Assembly (NCBI RefSeq): GCF_009914755.1
Contig: NC_060926.1
Reading direction: 5' to 3' (one strand)
From: the human T2T-CHM13v2.0 reference genome, Homo sapiens
DNA: 64,000 bases
The notes beneath the pieces are model-generated. The model was not told where the DNA came from, made no database searches, and saw only the letters and a list, made by a program, of their open reading frames with translations. Of the stretch, positions 12,681-29,879 are shown one piece after another (position 1 is the first letter of the stretch; each line of letters starts with the position of its first letter). The position numbers were made by a program, and so were the translations under genes.

Positions 12681-13349
12681 GACACTAGAGACTTGATAGT
12701 GAGTTAACATTAGGTGCCATAGAGTGATCTAGTGACTTTTTTTCTTATTGTGCAGGCATTAATGGAAGAATCTAATTTTGTAAACATGTCTATTTGAATC
12801 AAAAGCTGTATTTTCAGCTATTGTCATATACATAGTGGTCTCTTAAATATATATTTAATTTTATTAGTTTTAACTAAATGATAATTGGTGGAAAATTATG
12901 TCATTATTTTTTTGTTAGCATTCATTAGAAAAATGAGCATTTTAACACAAGCAAAATACTATTTGTTTGGTCTTTCAAATTACCACTTGAAGGTATTAGA
13001 TGTAACTCTGAAAGGTAGGTAGATGGGACTTTGAACTTGAGAGAGATGATTCAGATAACAGGCAGGTAGATGGGATGACCAGTACATTTAGCATTAACTA
13101 CCAACAATACATTTTCTTTTTTTTAATTCAATATCTACATGAGATTTTTTAAAAATAAGTGAACTAACATACATCCCGCAAGTTTTGAGAATGTTGTTTT
13201 TAGTTATATATGTGGAGACAATCACTAGTTAATAATAACACACACCTGGTGATAGTTTTAGCATGCCATCAGGTAGCAAATATGTCACAATTTCAGAGAT
13301 AAAAAATATTAAAATATGCATCTGAGAATAGGTGAAATACAACATACTC

Positions 13350-14150
13350 ATTGAAATGAAGAACTAAATGGATGGATCCAACAAGAAAATAGATAGAAAC
13401 TGAGAGAAACTGAGTATATGTAATATACTTGAGGAAATAAAACAGAACTCACATGAAATGAGAGAAAATATAAAAAAGAGATTCAGTATATAAAAAAGAG
13501 ATTAAGATTAATCTCCTTTGACCAGTATATTATTAACTGGTCATTGTCTCCACATGTTTAACTAAAAACAACATTCTCTAAACTTGCAGAATGTATGTTA
13601 GTTCAGTTATTTAAACACTAGAATGAGAAAATTTACTGTATGTCTCTGAAGAGTGATAGAAAAATAATATGAACATTTAGGAAGAAGGTCTATTGAAAGA
13701 AATAATAGAGATTTTCCAAAAGGTAAAAAACAAAACAAAACAAAAGCCAATGAGTCTTTAGGTTCAAAAAGCTCACTGTGTTATGAGATGGACAACTTAA
13801 ATCCAAAACAAAAACTTTAGATTTATTGACATAGGATTTCAAATTTTTAAAGAAAAAGAAAATTTAAAAGTAGCCGAGATTAAAAGACAAATTATCTAAA
13901 AGTGAATAATAATTTGAATGACAGGGAATATCTCCTTGCAGCAACAAATGCCAAGGTTTAGTGCAAACGCATCATTAAAATGATACTATTTTACTTTGTG
14001 AAAATATAATGATAATTATATTCAAATACAAAATATTGCATTCAAATTATTTGTTCACAGTAAAATATTTCAATTTAATTATTTATACCTAGTTAAACTT
14101 TCAACATACAGTGTCATGCAAATGATTACTGAAAGATTTTAACAGTTATA
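13350..14150 (+). mobile_element. Decayed L1M ORF1-region fragments
   Basis: A-rich sense bias; attgaaagaaataatagagattttccaaa and aaagacaaattatctaaaag resemble old L1 ORF1. Confidence 0.45.
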
Positions 14151-17100
14151 GAAAATATTCTGCTTCTGTGACACAAACTGAGTCAAGCAAGCAGAGAACC
14201 CCTGCCTCCACTTCCCCAGCACTAGGTTAGGTAGCATTTCCTGAGGAAAGAGGGGCAAGAACACAGACAGAAACCCTTTCTAAAGTGTCAGAGTTCCTGC
14301 TGAGGATGAAGCAGGAACATGGAGAAGACTCCTACAGTATGTAATCTCTACTATAAGCAGGTGATTATAACAGAGAAAAATGAAGCCAGTGGTGCACTAA
14401 AAGTCACTGCAGGACAATAAAAACCAAAACCAACTCAATTCCTAAATAGGTTGACTCAATCCACCACAAATGAAGAGGGGGTTCCTATTTCTCGACATAC
14501 ATACCTCAGTTTCTATATATTATGTTTCTATAGGCCATGTACAGCGATGAATAAAATGTTAAGAGATACTAAAAATGCGAGAACAAAAGCCTCATTTGAT
14601 ACCTGACAACAGAAGCCAACTGTGAAATGGCCCAGAGGCTTAGATTATTAGAGAGAAATTTAAAAATAAGTATAATCAATATGGTAAAGACTCTAGTGGA
14701 AATAATAGCTAATATACATAAATAAATAAATAATTTTAGTAGGGGGATAAAATTTTAAGAAAGTGTCAAATGAAAACACTAGAAATTTTAAAAACTACAA
14801 TCACAGAGAGCAAGAATATCTTCAAGGGATTCATTCACCAGTTGATCAAAACTATCAAGAAAAACATGGTTGAATTTGAAGATAGATCAATGAAAATTAT
14901 CTGAACTGAAACACAAGTGGAAAAAAGATAATTTAAACAAACTGACACAACATTAAAGAGATCTCAGACAATAACAAACATTCTAAATATATATAGCTGG
15001 AATATAAGGGGGAGAAAAGAGAGAACAGGGAAGAATAATGAAAAACATCAAACTGTATGTCCAAAAATCTCAAGAGCTCCACGCAGGGCAAATAATCCCA
15101 ACATCATTATCTGGAAATATCGTATAAAAACTGCTAAAGCTTATGATATAAAGTTAATACTGAATTAGACAAATAAAAAAGATTAATCGAATAAATATGA
15201 ATAATGATAAGAATTAGAAAAGACATTTCATGCAAGTCAGAAGAATGAAGTGAAACATGAAGTGCTGAAAGAAACAAAAGTGAAACAGATCTGTCAACCT
15301 AAAATTCTAAACATAGCAAAAATATTTTTCAAAAATGGTGAAATAACAACATATTGACAAATAAAACCTAGATTACAAGAAAAGGTAAAGGAAGTTTTTT
15401 ATGTAGAATAACTATAATGTCAGACAGAAACATGAATCCAGGCAAAGAAATAAAAATTACCCGAAAATTAAAGTATGGAAGACATTTTTGTTGCTAATTT
15501 ATCTAGAAGAAAAATGATGGTCTATAGTAAATATATTAGCAAGGTATTACATAAAGTAAAATATAATATAAAATAAGAACAGATAAAAAAAGAATTTGGG
15601 AGTATACTTTTATAGATTTATAGCTTATGCATGAAGCAATTTATAATTTGAAGGTGACTGTGATTAATCAAATATATACATATTTTTATATACATATATT
15701 ACTATATATAGAGAGAAAAAGAGTAAACCTTAGGGTTACACAATTTTTAAATACCTATAAATAATAATGTGATTAAAAAGGAAAAATAAAAAATAATCAA
15801 TTTCATTTAAAGTAGACCCAAAAAGAGGATGGAAAAATACTTAAGCAGAAATTACTAAAAAGATGATAGACAAAAATATACCATAATAGTAATAATATTA
15901 AAGGTAAATAGTCTAAACAAACCAGTTAAAAGAAAGGCATTGTTAGGAAGGAGCCAGACATAATGATATGCTGCCTTCAAAAGTTTCACTTGAAGTATAG
16001 AAATCTAGACAAGTAAAAATAATGTATGAAGAAAATGTATTATGCAGACATTAATCAGGAAAAAGAAGATGGGGGTGGATACTTCAATATTTCAAAACAA
16101 AGCTTATTATTTGAGATAAAGAGGGACATTACAAGATGATGAAAGGGTGTATTCAGCAAGAAGAGACAGTAATATTAAATATAAATGTACTGCCTAAAAA
16201 GCATCAAAATTCATAAAGCAAAAGCTGATAGAAGTAAAAGTAGAAATTAACAGAAAAAAATCAAAATAATGATTGGTGATATCAACACTTCTCTACAAAT
16301 CATCAATAGAAAAAGTAGACAAAAAACTATTAAAGTTATAAAAGACCAAAACAACAGTGTAAATCCAATTGGCCTAATTAATGATTACAGAAAGTCATCA
16401 GAATACATATTATTTTCAGGTGCATATGACATATTCATCAGGGTAAGTATATGCTGGAAAATAAATAAACTTAAAAGAAAACAATATAAATTGAAATAAT
16501 ACAAAATGTGTTCTTTGACTAAAATGGAATTCAACTGGCAATCGTTACCAGAAAGATACTAGAGAATCCTGAAATATTTGGAAATTAAATAACATATTTC
16601 TTAATTAAAAGAGGCTAAAGATGAAGTCATAAGGGAAATTATAAATATTTGGGATTTAAGAAAAATAAAACATTTGAAAATGTAGGGGAAGCAGCTAAAA
16701 TAGTACTTAGAAGTAAAGGTAATTAAATTAAATGCTATAACTATTATTATATATTTATATGAAATTACATATACATATATGTATTCATATAATGTATTTG
16801 CTATTATATAGAATACATAATATATTGTGTTAATTATACATGAAATATATAATTATATAATTAATATAATTAAAATCAAGATATAAATTACAAAAGAGAT
16901 TTTAAATTAATGGTATAAGGTTTTCACTCCAATAATGTAGGAAAAGATAATGTTAAACAGAAAGCAAATAGAAGGAAGGAAGTAATTAATGTATAAGATA
17001 TCAATGAAACTGAAAACAGGGAATATCAACAAGAAAATCAGTCAAATAAAAAGCTAGCTATTTGAAAACATCAATGCAATTTATAAACCTTCAGCCGTCT

Positions 17101-17653
17101 TGACTGAAGAGAGAGAGAGAGAGAAAGGGAGTCTGAAAAAAGAAAGAGATAAAAAAGAGAAATTATTGTCAAAATATCAAGAAGATAAGCAGAATCTCCT
17201 TGTAGATATTACAGACAATGAAAGAATAATAAGGAAATAAATATTATGAACAACTTAAATACCGTAAAATCAACAACTTCGATGAAATGTTATAACCTTG
17301 AAAGTCTCAAACAATCAAAGCTTGCTGTAGAAGAAATACATAGTCTAAATTGTTATATAAGGATTTGTGGAATTGAGTTTGTAGGTAAAATCCTTCAAAT
17401 GAAGGAAACTTCAAGCCAACTTGACTTCACCGGTGGCTTCTACCAAATATTTAAGAAAGAAAAAATACTAATTCATCACAATCTCTTGCAGGAAATAGAA
17501 GAGAAGTGAAGACTTTCTAATCTTGTTATGAGGCCAGCATTGCTTTGATACCAAAACCAGGAAAAAGATAAGAAACCAAAATTGCAGACCAATATTTCTT
17601 AAGAACATACATGTAAAAATGCACAATAAACAATTAGCAAATTATATCCAGTA
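14150..17653 (+). mobile_element. Old L1M: 5' region, ORF1 and ORF2 endonuclease/linker remnants
   Basis: Peptide relics IGDINTSLQIINRKSRQK (16269, EN domain) and DFTGGFYQIFKKE (in 17246..17509); many stops and frameshifts. Confidence 0.85.
16740..16880. repeat. AT-rich / (TA)n low-complexity tract inside L1M
   Basis: ctattattatatatttatatgaaattacatatacatatat... Confidence 0.75.
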
Positions 17654-20463
17654 ACAAGTGACAAAGGGGATATTACTATTGACCCCACAGAAAACACAAA
17701 TAATCATCAGAGAGTATTATGGATGCCTCTATGCACATAAACTATAAAATTGAGAAGAAATGGATAAATTCCTGGACACATACATCCTCCAAAAACTGAG
17801 CCAGAAAGAAATTAAACCCCTGAACAGACCAATAATGAGCTCCAAAATTGAATCAGCAATAGCCAACTAACCAGAAAAAAAAAGTCCTGGACTGAACAGA
17901 TCACAGCTGAATTCTACCAGATAAACAAAGAAGAGCTGGTACCATTCCTACTGAAATTATTCCAAACAATTGAAAAGAATGGACTCCTCCCTAACTCATT
18001 CTATGAGGCCAACCTCATCCTAATACCAAAAGTTGGCAGAGATAAAACAAAAAAGAAACCTTCAGGCCAGTATCCTTGAAGAACATTGGTGCAAAAATCC
18101 TCAACAAAATATTGGCAAACCAAATTCTGCAGCACATCAAAAAGCTTATCCACCTCAATCAGGTAGGCTTTATCACTGGGATGCAAGGTTGGTTCAACAT
18201 ACACAAATCAATAAATGTGATTTGCCAAATAATCAGAACTAAAGACAAAAACCACATGATTATCTCAAAAGACGCAGAAAAGGCTTTTGATAAAATTTAA
18301 TATCCCTTCATGTTAAAAACTCTCAATAAACTAAGTATTGAATGAACATACTTCAAAATAATAAGAGCCATCTATGAAAACCCACAGCCAACATAACACT
18401 GAATGGGAAAAACCTGGAAGCATTCCCCTTGAAAACCAGCACAAGACAAGGATGGCCTGTCTCCCCACTCCTATTCAAAATAGCATTGGAAGTCCTAGCC
18501 AGAGGAATTAGGAAAGAGAAAGAAATAAAGGGCATCCAAACGGGAAAAGAGTAAGTCAAACTATCCCTGTTTGCAGACAACATGGTCCTATATCTAGAAA
18601 ACCCAACAGTTTTAGCCCAAAAGCTTCTTAAGCTAATAAACAACTTCAACAAAGTCCCAGGAAATAAAATCAATGTGCAAAAATTACTAGCATTCCTATA
18701 CACAAACAACAGCCAAGCTGAGAGCCAAATCAGGAATGCAGTCCCATTCATGATTGCCACAAAAAGAATAAAATACCTAAGAAGACAGCTGACCAGGAAG
18801 GTGAAAGATCTGTACAAGGAAAACCACAAAACACTGCTCAAAGAAATCAGAGATGATGCAAAAAACATTCCATGTTCATAGATAGTAAGACTCAATATCA
18901 TAAAAATGGGTATACTCTCCAAATTTATAGATTCAATTTTATTCCTATTAAACTATCAATACATTTTTCCTATAATTAGAAAAAGTATTTTAAAATTCAT
19001 ATGGAACCAAAAAGGAACCCAAATAGCCAAGGCATTTCTAAGCAGAAAGAACAAAGCTGGAGGAAGCATGCTACCAAACTTCAAACTATATGACAAGGCT
19101 ACAGTAACCGAAACAGCTTGGTATTGGTACAAAAACAGGAACATAGACGAATGAAACACAATGGAGAGCCCAGACATACCTGCACCTATCTGATTTTTGA
19201 CAAAGTTGACTTAAAAATAAAGCAATGGGAAAAGGACTCACTCCCTATTTAATAAATAGTGCTGGGATAACTGGTTAGCCATATGCAGAAGATTGAAACT
19301 GGACCCCTTCCTTACATCATATACAAAAATTAACTCAAGGTGGAATAAAGACTTAGTTGTGAAACCCGAAACTATAAAAACTGGAAGACTACCTAGGCAA
19401 TACAATTCTGGGCATAGGAACAGGAATGGGCAAAGATTTCGTGACGAAGATGCCAAAAGCAATTCCAAAGAAAAAAAAAACTATCAACAGAGTAAATAGA
19501 TGACCTACAGAATAGGAGAAAATATTTGCAAACTGTGCATCTAATGAAAGTCTAATATCAAGCATCAGTAAGGAACTCAAACAAATTTACAAGAAATAAA
19601 CAAACAGCTCCATTAAAAAGTGGGTAAAGGACACGAATGGACACTTTTTGAAAGAAGACATATATGAGGACCACAAGCACATGAAAACGAGCACAACATC
19701 CCTGATCATTAGAGACATACAAATCAAAACCACAATGAGATATTATCTCACACCAATCAGAATGGCTGTTATTTAAAAGTCAAAAAATAACACATGCTAG
19801 TGAGGTTGTAGAGAAAAAAAAGGAACTTATACAACTGTTGTAGGGAGTGTAAATTAGTTCAACCATTGTGAAAAACAGTGTTGCAATTCCTCAAAGACCT
19901 AAAAACAGAAATACCATTTGACCCAGGAATCCCATGACTATTAACAGGTATACACCCAAAGGAATATAAATTATCCTATTCTAAAGACACATGCACACAT
20001 ATATTCACGTATATTCATACACACATATTCACTATTCACAATGGCAAAGACATGGAATCAACCTAAATGGTATACTGAATAAAGAAAATGTGTTACATAT
20101 GCACCATGAAATACTATGCAGCCATAAAAAGAATGGGATCATCTTTTTTGCCACAACATGGGTGGAGCTGGAGGTTATTATCCTTAGCAATCTAATTCAG
20201 GAACAGAAAATAAATATTACATGTTCTCATTTATAAGTGGGAGCTAAATGATGAGATGTCAGGGACACATAGAGAGGAGCAACACATACTGGTGTCTACT
20301 GGAGGGTGAACGGTAGGTGGAGGGAGAGTGTCAGGAAAAATAACTAATGGGTTCTAGGCTTAATACCTAGGTGGTGAAATAATCTGTACAACAAACCCCC
20401 ATGATACAAGTTTACCTATATAACAAATGTGCACATGTACTCCTGAACTTAAAAGTTAAAAAA
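17654..20463 (+). mobile_element. 5'-truncated L1 (L1PA13-16-like): ORF2 C-terminal two thirds plus 3' UTR
   Basis: ORFs 18076, 18582, 18906 and 19293 are ORF2 pieces. 3' UTR aataactaatgggttctaggcttaatacc...acaaacccccatga...cctgaacttaaaagttaaaaaaa. Confidence 0.93.
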
Positions 20464-20635
20464 ACCCACCAAAACATGAAACACTTAGGTATAAATCTAA
20501 TAAAGTATGTACATGTGTAAGCAAAAAACTATGAAACACTGATTAAAGAAATTAGAGACCAAATAAATGGAGACATGTTGTGTTTATTAGAAGTCTTGAT
20601 ATTAAGCCGTTAACTGTTCCCAGATTGATAGCAAT
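20464..20635 (+). mobile_element. Old L1M ORF2 fragment (probable continuation of 14150-17653)
   Basis: atgaaacacttaggtataaatctaataaag (KHLGINL) and aaaactatgaaacactgattaaagaaatt (NYETLIKEI). Confidence 0.75.
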
Positions 20636-21129
20636 ATGAGATCCACTATTAGACTATAAGCTTTTTGAGAGTGGGAATGTTGTCTGGCTTGATGGCCTCA
20701 TATATTTTAGGAATTCAGTAAACTTTTTGAATTGATTTAAAAATAAAAGAACATGATTTTCGCTAAAAGCACATTTATAGTATTAGGTCACTAATGTAAT
20801 AAAACAATCACATGATTACATAACCCTGTTTTTTATAGAAATTTCATTTTTTTAATATGAGATCATAAATGTGAGAGAAGCTATGACATGTAGGCTTAAT
20901 AAGTTTTTCTTACATTTTATGATTAAGAGGTAATTAATCAATGGAAAGCAGCATAATGAATAAGGTATGGAACACAAATTGTAAATGAATATAGAATTCA
21001 ATAAATATTTGTGAGATTTTAGATTCTTTTTCAGCAATGTATAACATAATCAGCATTTAAGAGTAATAGCAATTTTCAAGTCAAGCTGATATAAAGTTTA
21101 TTCATGTCTGTTTCAAAATATGATATTTT

Positions 21130-21430
21130 CTATTACGCTTATATTTTTAAAGGGGAGGCAGATGATGAATAAATGAACAAAAAATATAATAATGGATATG
21201 TATTTATAAGTGCTATGAAGAGAAGAAATCCAAGCAAGAAGAGAGTGAAATGAGGTAGGTGGATTTAGGATAAGGTAGGGTATTCTGAGAAAACTTCTCT
21301 GAGGACATGATGTTTCTGAGGACATGATGTTTGTAAATAGATTTGATTCACTAGAGAGCATTCACAAAGAAAGTAAGAGAAATTAGGTGGCAGAAGGAGC
21401 CAGGGAACCAAACCTGTAAGTTTTTGCAGA
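21130..21430 (-). mobile_element. L2 fragment
   Basis: ataagtgctatgaagaga...aaacttctctgaggacatgatgttt are antisense L2 motifs. Confidence 0.6.
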
Positions 21431-21479
21431 CCATGGTATGACAGGAAGCCAATTCAGGTTTTTGGCATAAGTATGGTGT

Positions 21480-22380
<901 letters not shown>

Positions 22381-22383
22381 ATA

Positions 22384-22755
22384 CTATATTAGCTCAGGCT
22401 GCTATAACAACATGCCATAGACTAAATGCCTTAAACAACAGCTAATTTCTCTCAGTCCTGGAGGCTGTGCAGTCCAGGATTAAGAAGCTGGCTGATTCAG
22501 TTCCTGGTGCAGGCTGTCTTTCTGGTTTTTGGACAGACATCTCACTGCATCCTCACGTGGTAGAAAAAGAACTCTGGTCTTTCTCCTTTTACCTATAAAG
22601 GCACTAATCCCGTCATGAGGGCCACACCCTTCAACCCTTATGAACTTATGTAAACCTAATTATCTCCCAATAGTTCCATCTCTGAATATCATCACATTGG
22701 GAGGGTTAGGGTTTCAACATTTGAATTTTGGGAAAACACAATTTAGCCCATAGCA
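22384..22755 (-). mobile_element. MLT1A/MST-type solo LTR
   Basis: tatattagctcaggctgctataacaa...ggcactaatccc.tcatgaggg...atcacattgg...tttcaacatttgaattttggg...ccatagca. Confidence 0.88.
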
Positions 22756-24729
22756 ATCATCTACTCAGAAATTTTAAACCCTATGTGTGAATCCCTATAT
22801 TAAGCATTTTGAGGGTTTTATTATCAAAAGAAGAGATTAAGAGTATTGTCCAGCTTCTAGTACAATGCAGTACACTACAAAGAGTATGATCAAAATTTAG
22901 CACTATTATACGAATATCTTTTTAAGGAGAAAAAAGATATTAAGTGTAGTTCTAAGTTAGAAATTAAAATCTAACATGAAGGCGTCTTTTTTCTCATGGC
23001 AATTATTATTTGTCTTATTTTTGTTAAGAAACTTACCTCAGGATTAATTTTGAAAAAAATATGCAGTTGAATTTTCTCAGAAAGAGATTTCTAGTATATG
23101 AGCTATGTGACAAGAGATAGTGACATATAAAAGAATGCCATTCTAGTTCATATTTTATTCTGGGAGATTAATCAGTACAAAGACTTCAATGAGGAGATTG
23201 GAAGAAAATCAGTAGTGTTGTTTTACCTCTAGTCAACAAACACAAATTGAACAAATCCAAAGTTACCCTTTTTTTCTCACATGTTTGTCTGGCCAATTAC
23301 CAAACGCAAAGGCCATATTCAGTATCCTCATATATATTTTCAATTTTAAGAAAAAAAATTTTAATGGCCCTGACAGGGACAGTAATTAATTTATTTCATG
23401 TGTGAAATCTGTTAAATTCTGTGGTATATATTAAAATGTGTCTTTTCATAAACCCATTTCCTACATATTGACTTACCTTCTCTAGTGATCAGCACTGATC
23501 TTTTATTCATTGTGTGGTGTCTCATTTCTCAATCAAACCAAGTTTTATTCAAATAATAGTTTTCTTTCTTTAAATGTTGCAGGAAGATAATTGCATTTTA
23601 TTTTGGAATAGGCTGGATGTTTTGGTATGTTATCTCTTCAAAATGGTGGTGAGCTTATCCTGTAAAGTACTGTAAAGACCTAATGCTACTGTCGTCTTTT
23701 GATATCTTATGTCTAATGTTAATAGGTAAAAACATTATAAAGCAAAAAATCATGTATGGTATGGTGATCACTTTTTATATAATCATTATAATATTTAATG
23801 ATTAGCTTTAATTCTGAGGAAGAATTTGTATTAAAATGGCTTAGTCTAATCATTCAACCATATTGTATCTGAATACTTTCATTCTACTCTATCAAATATT
23901 ATTCCATATAGAGATTTAACTATAAGCTGTGTTAATAGAGATATATTTTTAATATTCAGGAAAACCTCATACATATTCAGTTTTAATAGCTTATATTTTA
24001 AAAAATAACTTGATGTTATATCTAATAAAGACTGACTCATTCAGACAGTCATTTCTTGAATTCATTGTCCACTCAATCAACACATTAAGAGGAAATCGCT
24101 TTACAAACTATAGAACTATAATGAAATATAAATTAGTGATACCTAGGTATTTCAAACTCAAACACTTTTTCTGATTACTAGAAATGTTATCAATGGTGCA
24201 TAGAACACTGCTGTGATCTACCCAGTTCTTTTGGCCCAAAGTACTCTAAGGTAGGACCAAGAAGGCTTACAGGGCAAGTGAAGCATAAGGCTCAAGACAC
24301 AGTCACAGAAGCAGAAAGAGGCACTAGTTTCACAGAAGAGTTTAGTGATAAGTCACCATTAGAAACATTTATCTACAATAAGAAGAAAGAGGCTGCAACA
24401 CACACTCGTATATAGGTCACTCTCATATTTGGCTCTTAAGTTCTGGGGTGACCTAATTTATTACCAATTTAACTTTTATTTCTTCATCATATTTCTAATT
24501 TTTCAATTATTTAGATAATACATTCTCATAATGGAAAATTGCAAAGATACAGGAAAACATAAAGACACAGGTAATACGCGTCCAAATCCCCATCATCAAG
24601 AAATAACAATGATTTACTTTTTCTTTCTTCTAAAGTCACAGTGGTTTTTTTTTGCCATTCCTGGAAGGTGCCAAGTGTGTTCTCCCCTTGAGGTCTTTGA
24701 ACTGAAACACGTTCTACTTTTAAATAGCA

Positions 24730-25090
24730 TGGTCAGGGGTAGGCTTTGGTGGAGGACAACTTGTTCTGAAAAGTTCTCATTTCTGGATGAGAAAGTGATA
24801 TATGTAGCTGTTTAGCAGAAGAAAGAGAGGGAAAAAGGAAGAGCATTTCAGACAGAGAAAAGAACAAATGCAAAGAATAGTGCTTGGCATGTCTGAGGAA
24901 AAGTAAGAAGGTCATATGGCACAGTGGGGTGAGAAAAGGGTGCAGTAAACCAATATAAGGTTGAAGAGATGAGTTGAAGAACAAATTAAGTAGGGCCTTG
25001 AAGGCAACATAAGGAGGTTTGCTGTTACTTTTAGTAAAATGATGAGCCATGAGGGTTATAAGCAAAGGAGTCACAGATATTGCATACTTA
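24730..25090 (-). mobile_element. L2 fragment
   Basis: gagcatttcagacagagaaaagaacaaatgcaaag, gcttggcatgtctgaggaa, ttataagcaaaggagtcaca. Confidence 0.7.
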
Positions 25091-25585
25091 TTTTTTAATA
25101 GACTTTATTTTTTGGAAGAGTTTTGGTTAACAATGAAATTGACAGGAAGGTAGAGGCATTTTCTATATACTTTCTATTCCACACATGTATAGCCTCCCTC
25201 ATTATCAACACTCCGTAGCACAGTGGTGCTAGTCTACATTGGCACATCATTATCACCCAGACTCTACATTTTACGTCGTTTACTCTTCGTAGTGTGCATT
25301 CTATGAATTTGAACAAATGTATAATGCCATGTATCTACATTATAGTATCATACAAAGTACTTTCACTGACCTCAAATTTCTCTGTGTTTCACCTATTTAT
25401 TTTTCCCTCCCTCCCTCCTTCCCTCCCTCCCTCTCTTCCGCCTAACTCCTGGTAACCACAGATTTTTTTACTGTCTCTAATTTTTGCCTCATCTAGAATG
25501 TCATATACTTGGAATCATATACTATATAGCCTCTTCAGATTGGCTTCTTTCACTCACTAATACAATTTAAATTTCCTTCATGTAA
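25091..25585 (-). mobile_element. L1MC/L1MD-type 3' end
   Basis: atagactttattttttggaagagttttgg...tttgaacaaatgtataatg...ctagaatgtcatat..ttggaatcat...cagattggcttctttcact. Confidence 0.8.
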
Positions 25586-25586
25586 T

Positions 25587-25893
25587 TTTTTTTTTTTTTT
25601 TTTTTTTTTTTTTGAAATGGAGTCTTGGTCTATCGCCCAGGCTGGAGTGCAGTGGCGCGATCTGGTCTCACTGCAAGCTCTGCCTCCCAGGTTCACACCA
25701 TTCTCCTGCCTCAGCCTCCTGAGTAGCTGGGACTACAGGCGCCCGCCACCACGCCGGGCTAATTTTTTTGTACTTTTAGTAGAGATGGGGTTTCACCGTG
25801 TTCTCCAGGATGATCTTGATCTCCTGACCTCGTGATCAACCGCCTCGGCCTCCCGAAGTGCTGGGATTACAGGCTGAGCCACCGCGCCCATCC
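25587..25893 (-). mobile_element. AluY
   Basis: ctgcaagctc.gcctccc.ggttcac.ccattctcc diagnostics; long T tract; TSD tccttcatgtaat (25574) / tccttcatataat (25894). Confidence 0.96.
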
Positions 25894-26296
25894 TCCTTCA
25901 TATAATATTTTTAAAAGATCATTTATAATCACTTCCAAAGAAGCCCTCATAATTGTTTCAATACTTATTATTTTTGGTTCTCAGTAAATTCCTTTTGTGT
26001 TTCCTCTAAATCACCATTTCTGTTACCACCAGTGCTCATTTTGTTATGGAAATACTGAATTATATTTGTTAACCTAAAAAGACATATTGTATGCAAATAT
26101 GTGTTTGCATATGGACATTAATAAATATGGAAATAGTATGAAGTATGAATTGTTCTTTCTCCAGCCCACAAACTGAAGCCCCAAACTATCCCTGTTCTCT
26201 AATCTATTGTGCAACTGAGCAGCTATGTCTAAGTTTACTAAAAGTACCATTGCTGGGTAAAGATATATTCTTTATTTGCTGAAAATTTGGTAAATA

Positions 26297-28900
<2,604 letters not shown>

Positions 28901-29059
28901 CATATTAATAGGAGACACTACTTATGTAATTCTTCATAAGATTACATGTAAAAAGGAAAAACAAAATACATGCTTGTTGTAAAATGTGTAAAATGAAAGT
29001 GTAAACAAAAAGTGAAAGTGCTTCTATCTCCAAATAACCATGGCCAATCATTTTTTGTC

Positions 29060-29445
29060 TGTTGTATTCTCTGAAATTGAATGCTGACACAGACTTTAGC
29101 ATGCAGGATATTTCTTGGGGATCAACACTTGTGGAAGGTATGGTTGGAAGCAGGACTGAGTAGGTGGAGAAGTTGAACTGTGATGCAGGCTTGACATACC
29201 ATCTTAGACAACCCATGTGGAACTCTGGAGGATATATGATATATGATATTTATAATTGTCCTATGTTGAGCCAAAATGACTGTCCTTATACCATCTCATA
29301 CATCTGTTATAAGATTAGAGTATCCAATCCTGGGAAATGCTAGCCTTCATAAAAGGCTGCCCTCTGCAGCTAGAGGCTGTCTGCTGTCAGTTGCTAAAAC
29401 AAGTCCTCCCTCCAAGGGGACATGGGAGTTGCAGCTTAGTGTGCT
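29060..29445. mobile_element. Ancient ERVL-class LTR fragment (family uncertain)
   Basis: ggaagcaggactgagtaggtggagaagttgaactgtgatgcag resembles old ERVL LTRs; GC island in AT-rich flanks. Confidence 0.5.
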
Positions 29446-29879
29446 CTATGTCTTTTATCTTAAATCAATTTAGAATATTTTATTTAAAAATTTCATATAC
29501 ATTATAATTTTCATCTTAGTTTTTACCTTAACAATATTTTATTTTATATGTATTTCTAAGAGTTTTCTAATCCTTAACATACTTATTCAAAGTTATTTTT
29601 TGATGTCAAGATTTTTCTAATCTTAACTTATCTTTCAATTGGCTGTATTAAATCATTTACATGTTATTTTGAAAAGACATGAGGTATATTTTCTGGGCTA
29701 CTGCTCAATTAAATATTTTTATAATATTCATACAAGAATAACAACCACTCTCAAACTTTTCTGTCTTCTGGCATTTAATGTTGCATATACATATTCACTT
29801 CTGCTTAAACATGTTAAGTGGTTACTTATCGTTAAATTTAAAAAAGCCTCAAGACTTGTGTAAATATGATCATCAATTA

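Noticed and set aside
13465-13545. 20-bp tandem repeat atataaaaaagagatt and an 8-bp hairpin tgaccagt/actggtca
   Set aside because: Short AT-rich slippage and chance palindrome inside decayed L1; not CRISPR-like and no further units.
18353-18922. 189-aa hydrophobic ORF (and the similar 188-aa ORF at 43366-43932)
   Set aside because: Antisense readings of L1 ORF2, a well-known artefact.
23030-23680. Two consensus minus-strand donor sites (acttacct near 23032 and 23472)
   Set aside because: No convincing paired acceptor or open coding frame; such motifs are expected by chance in 64 kb.
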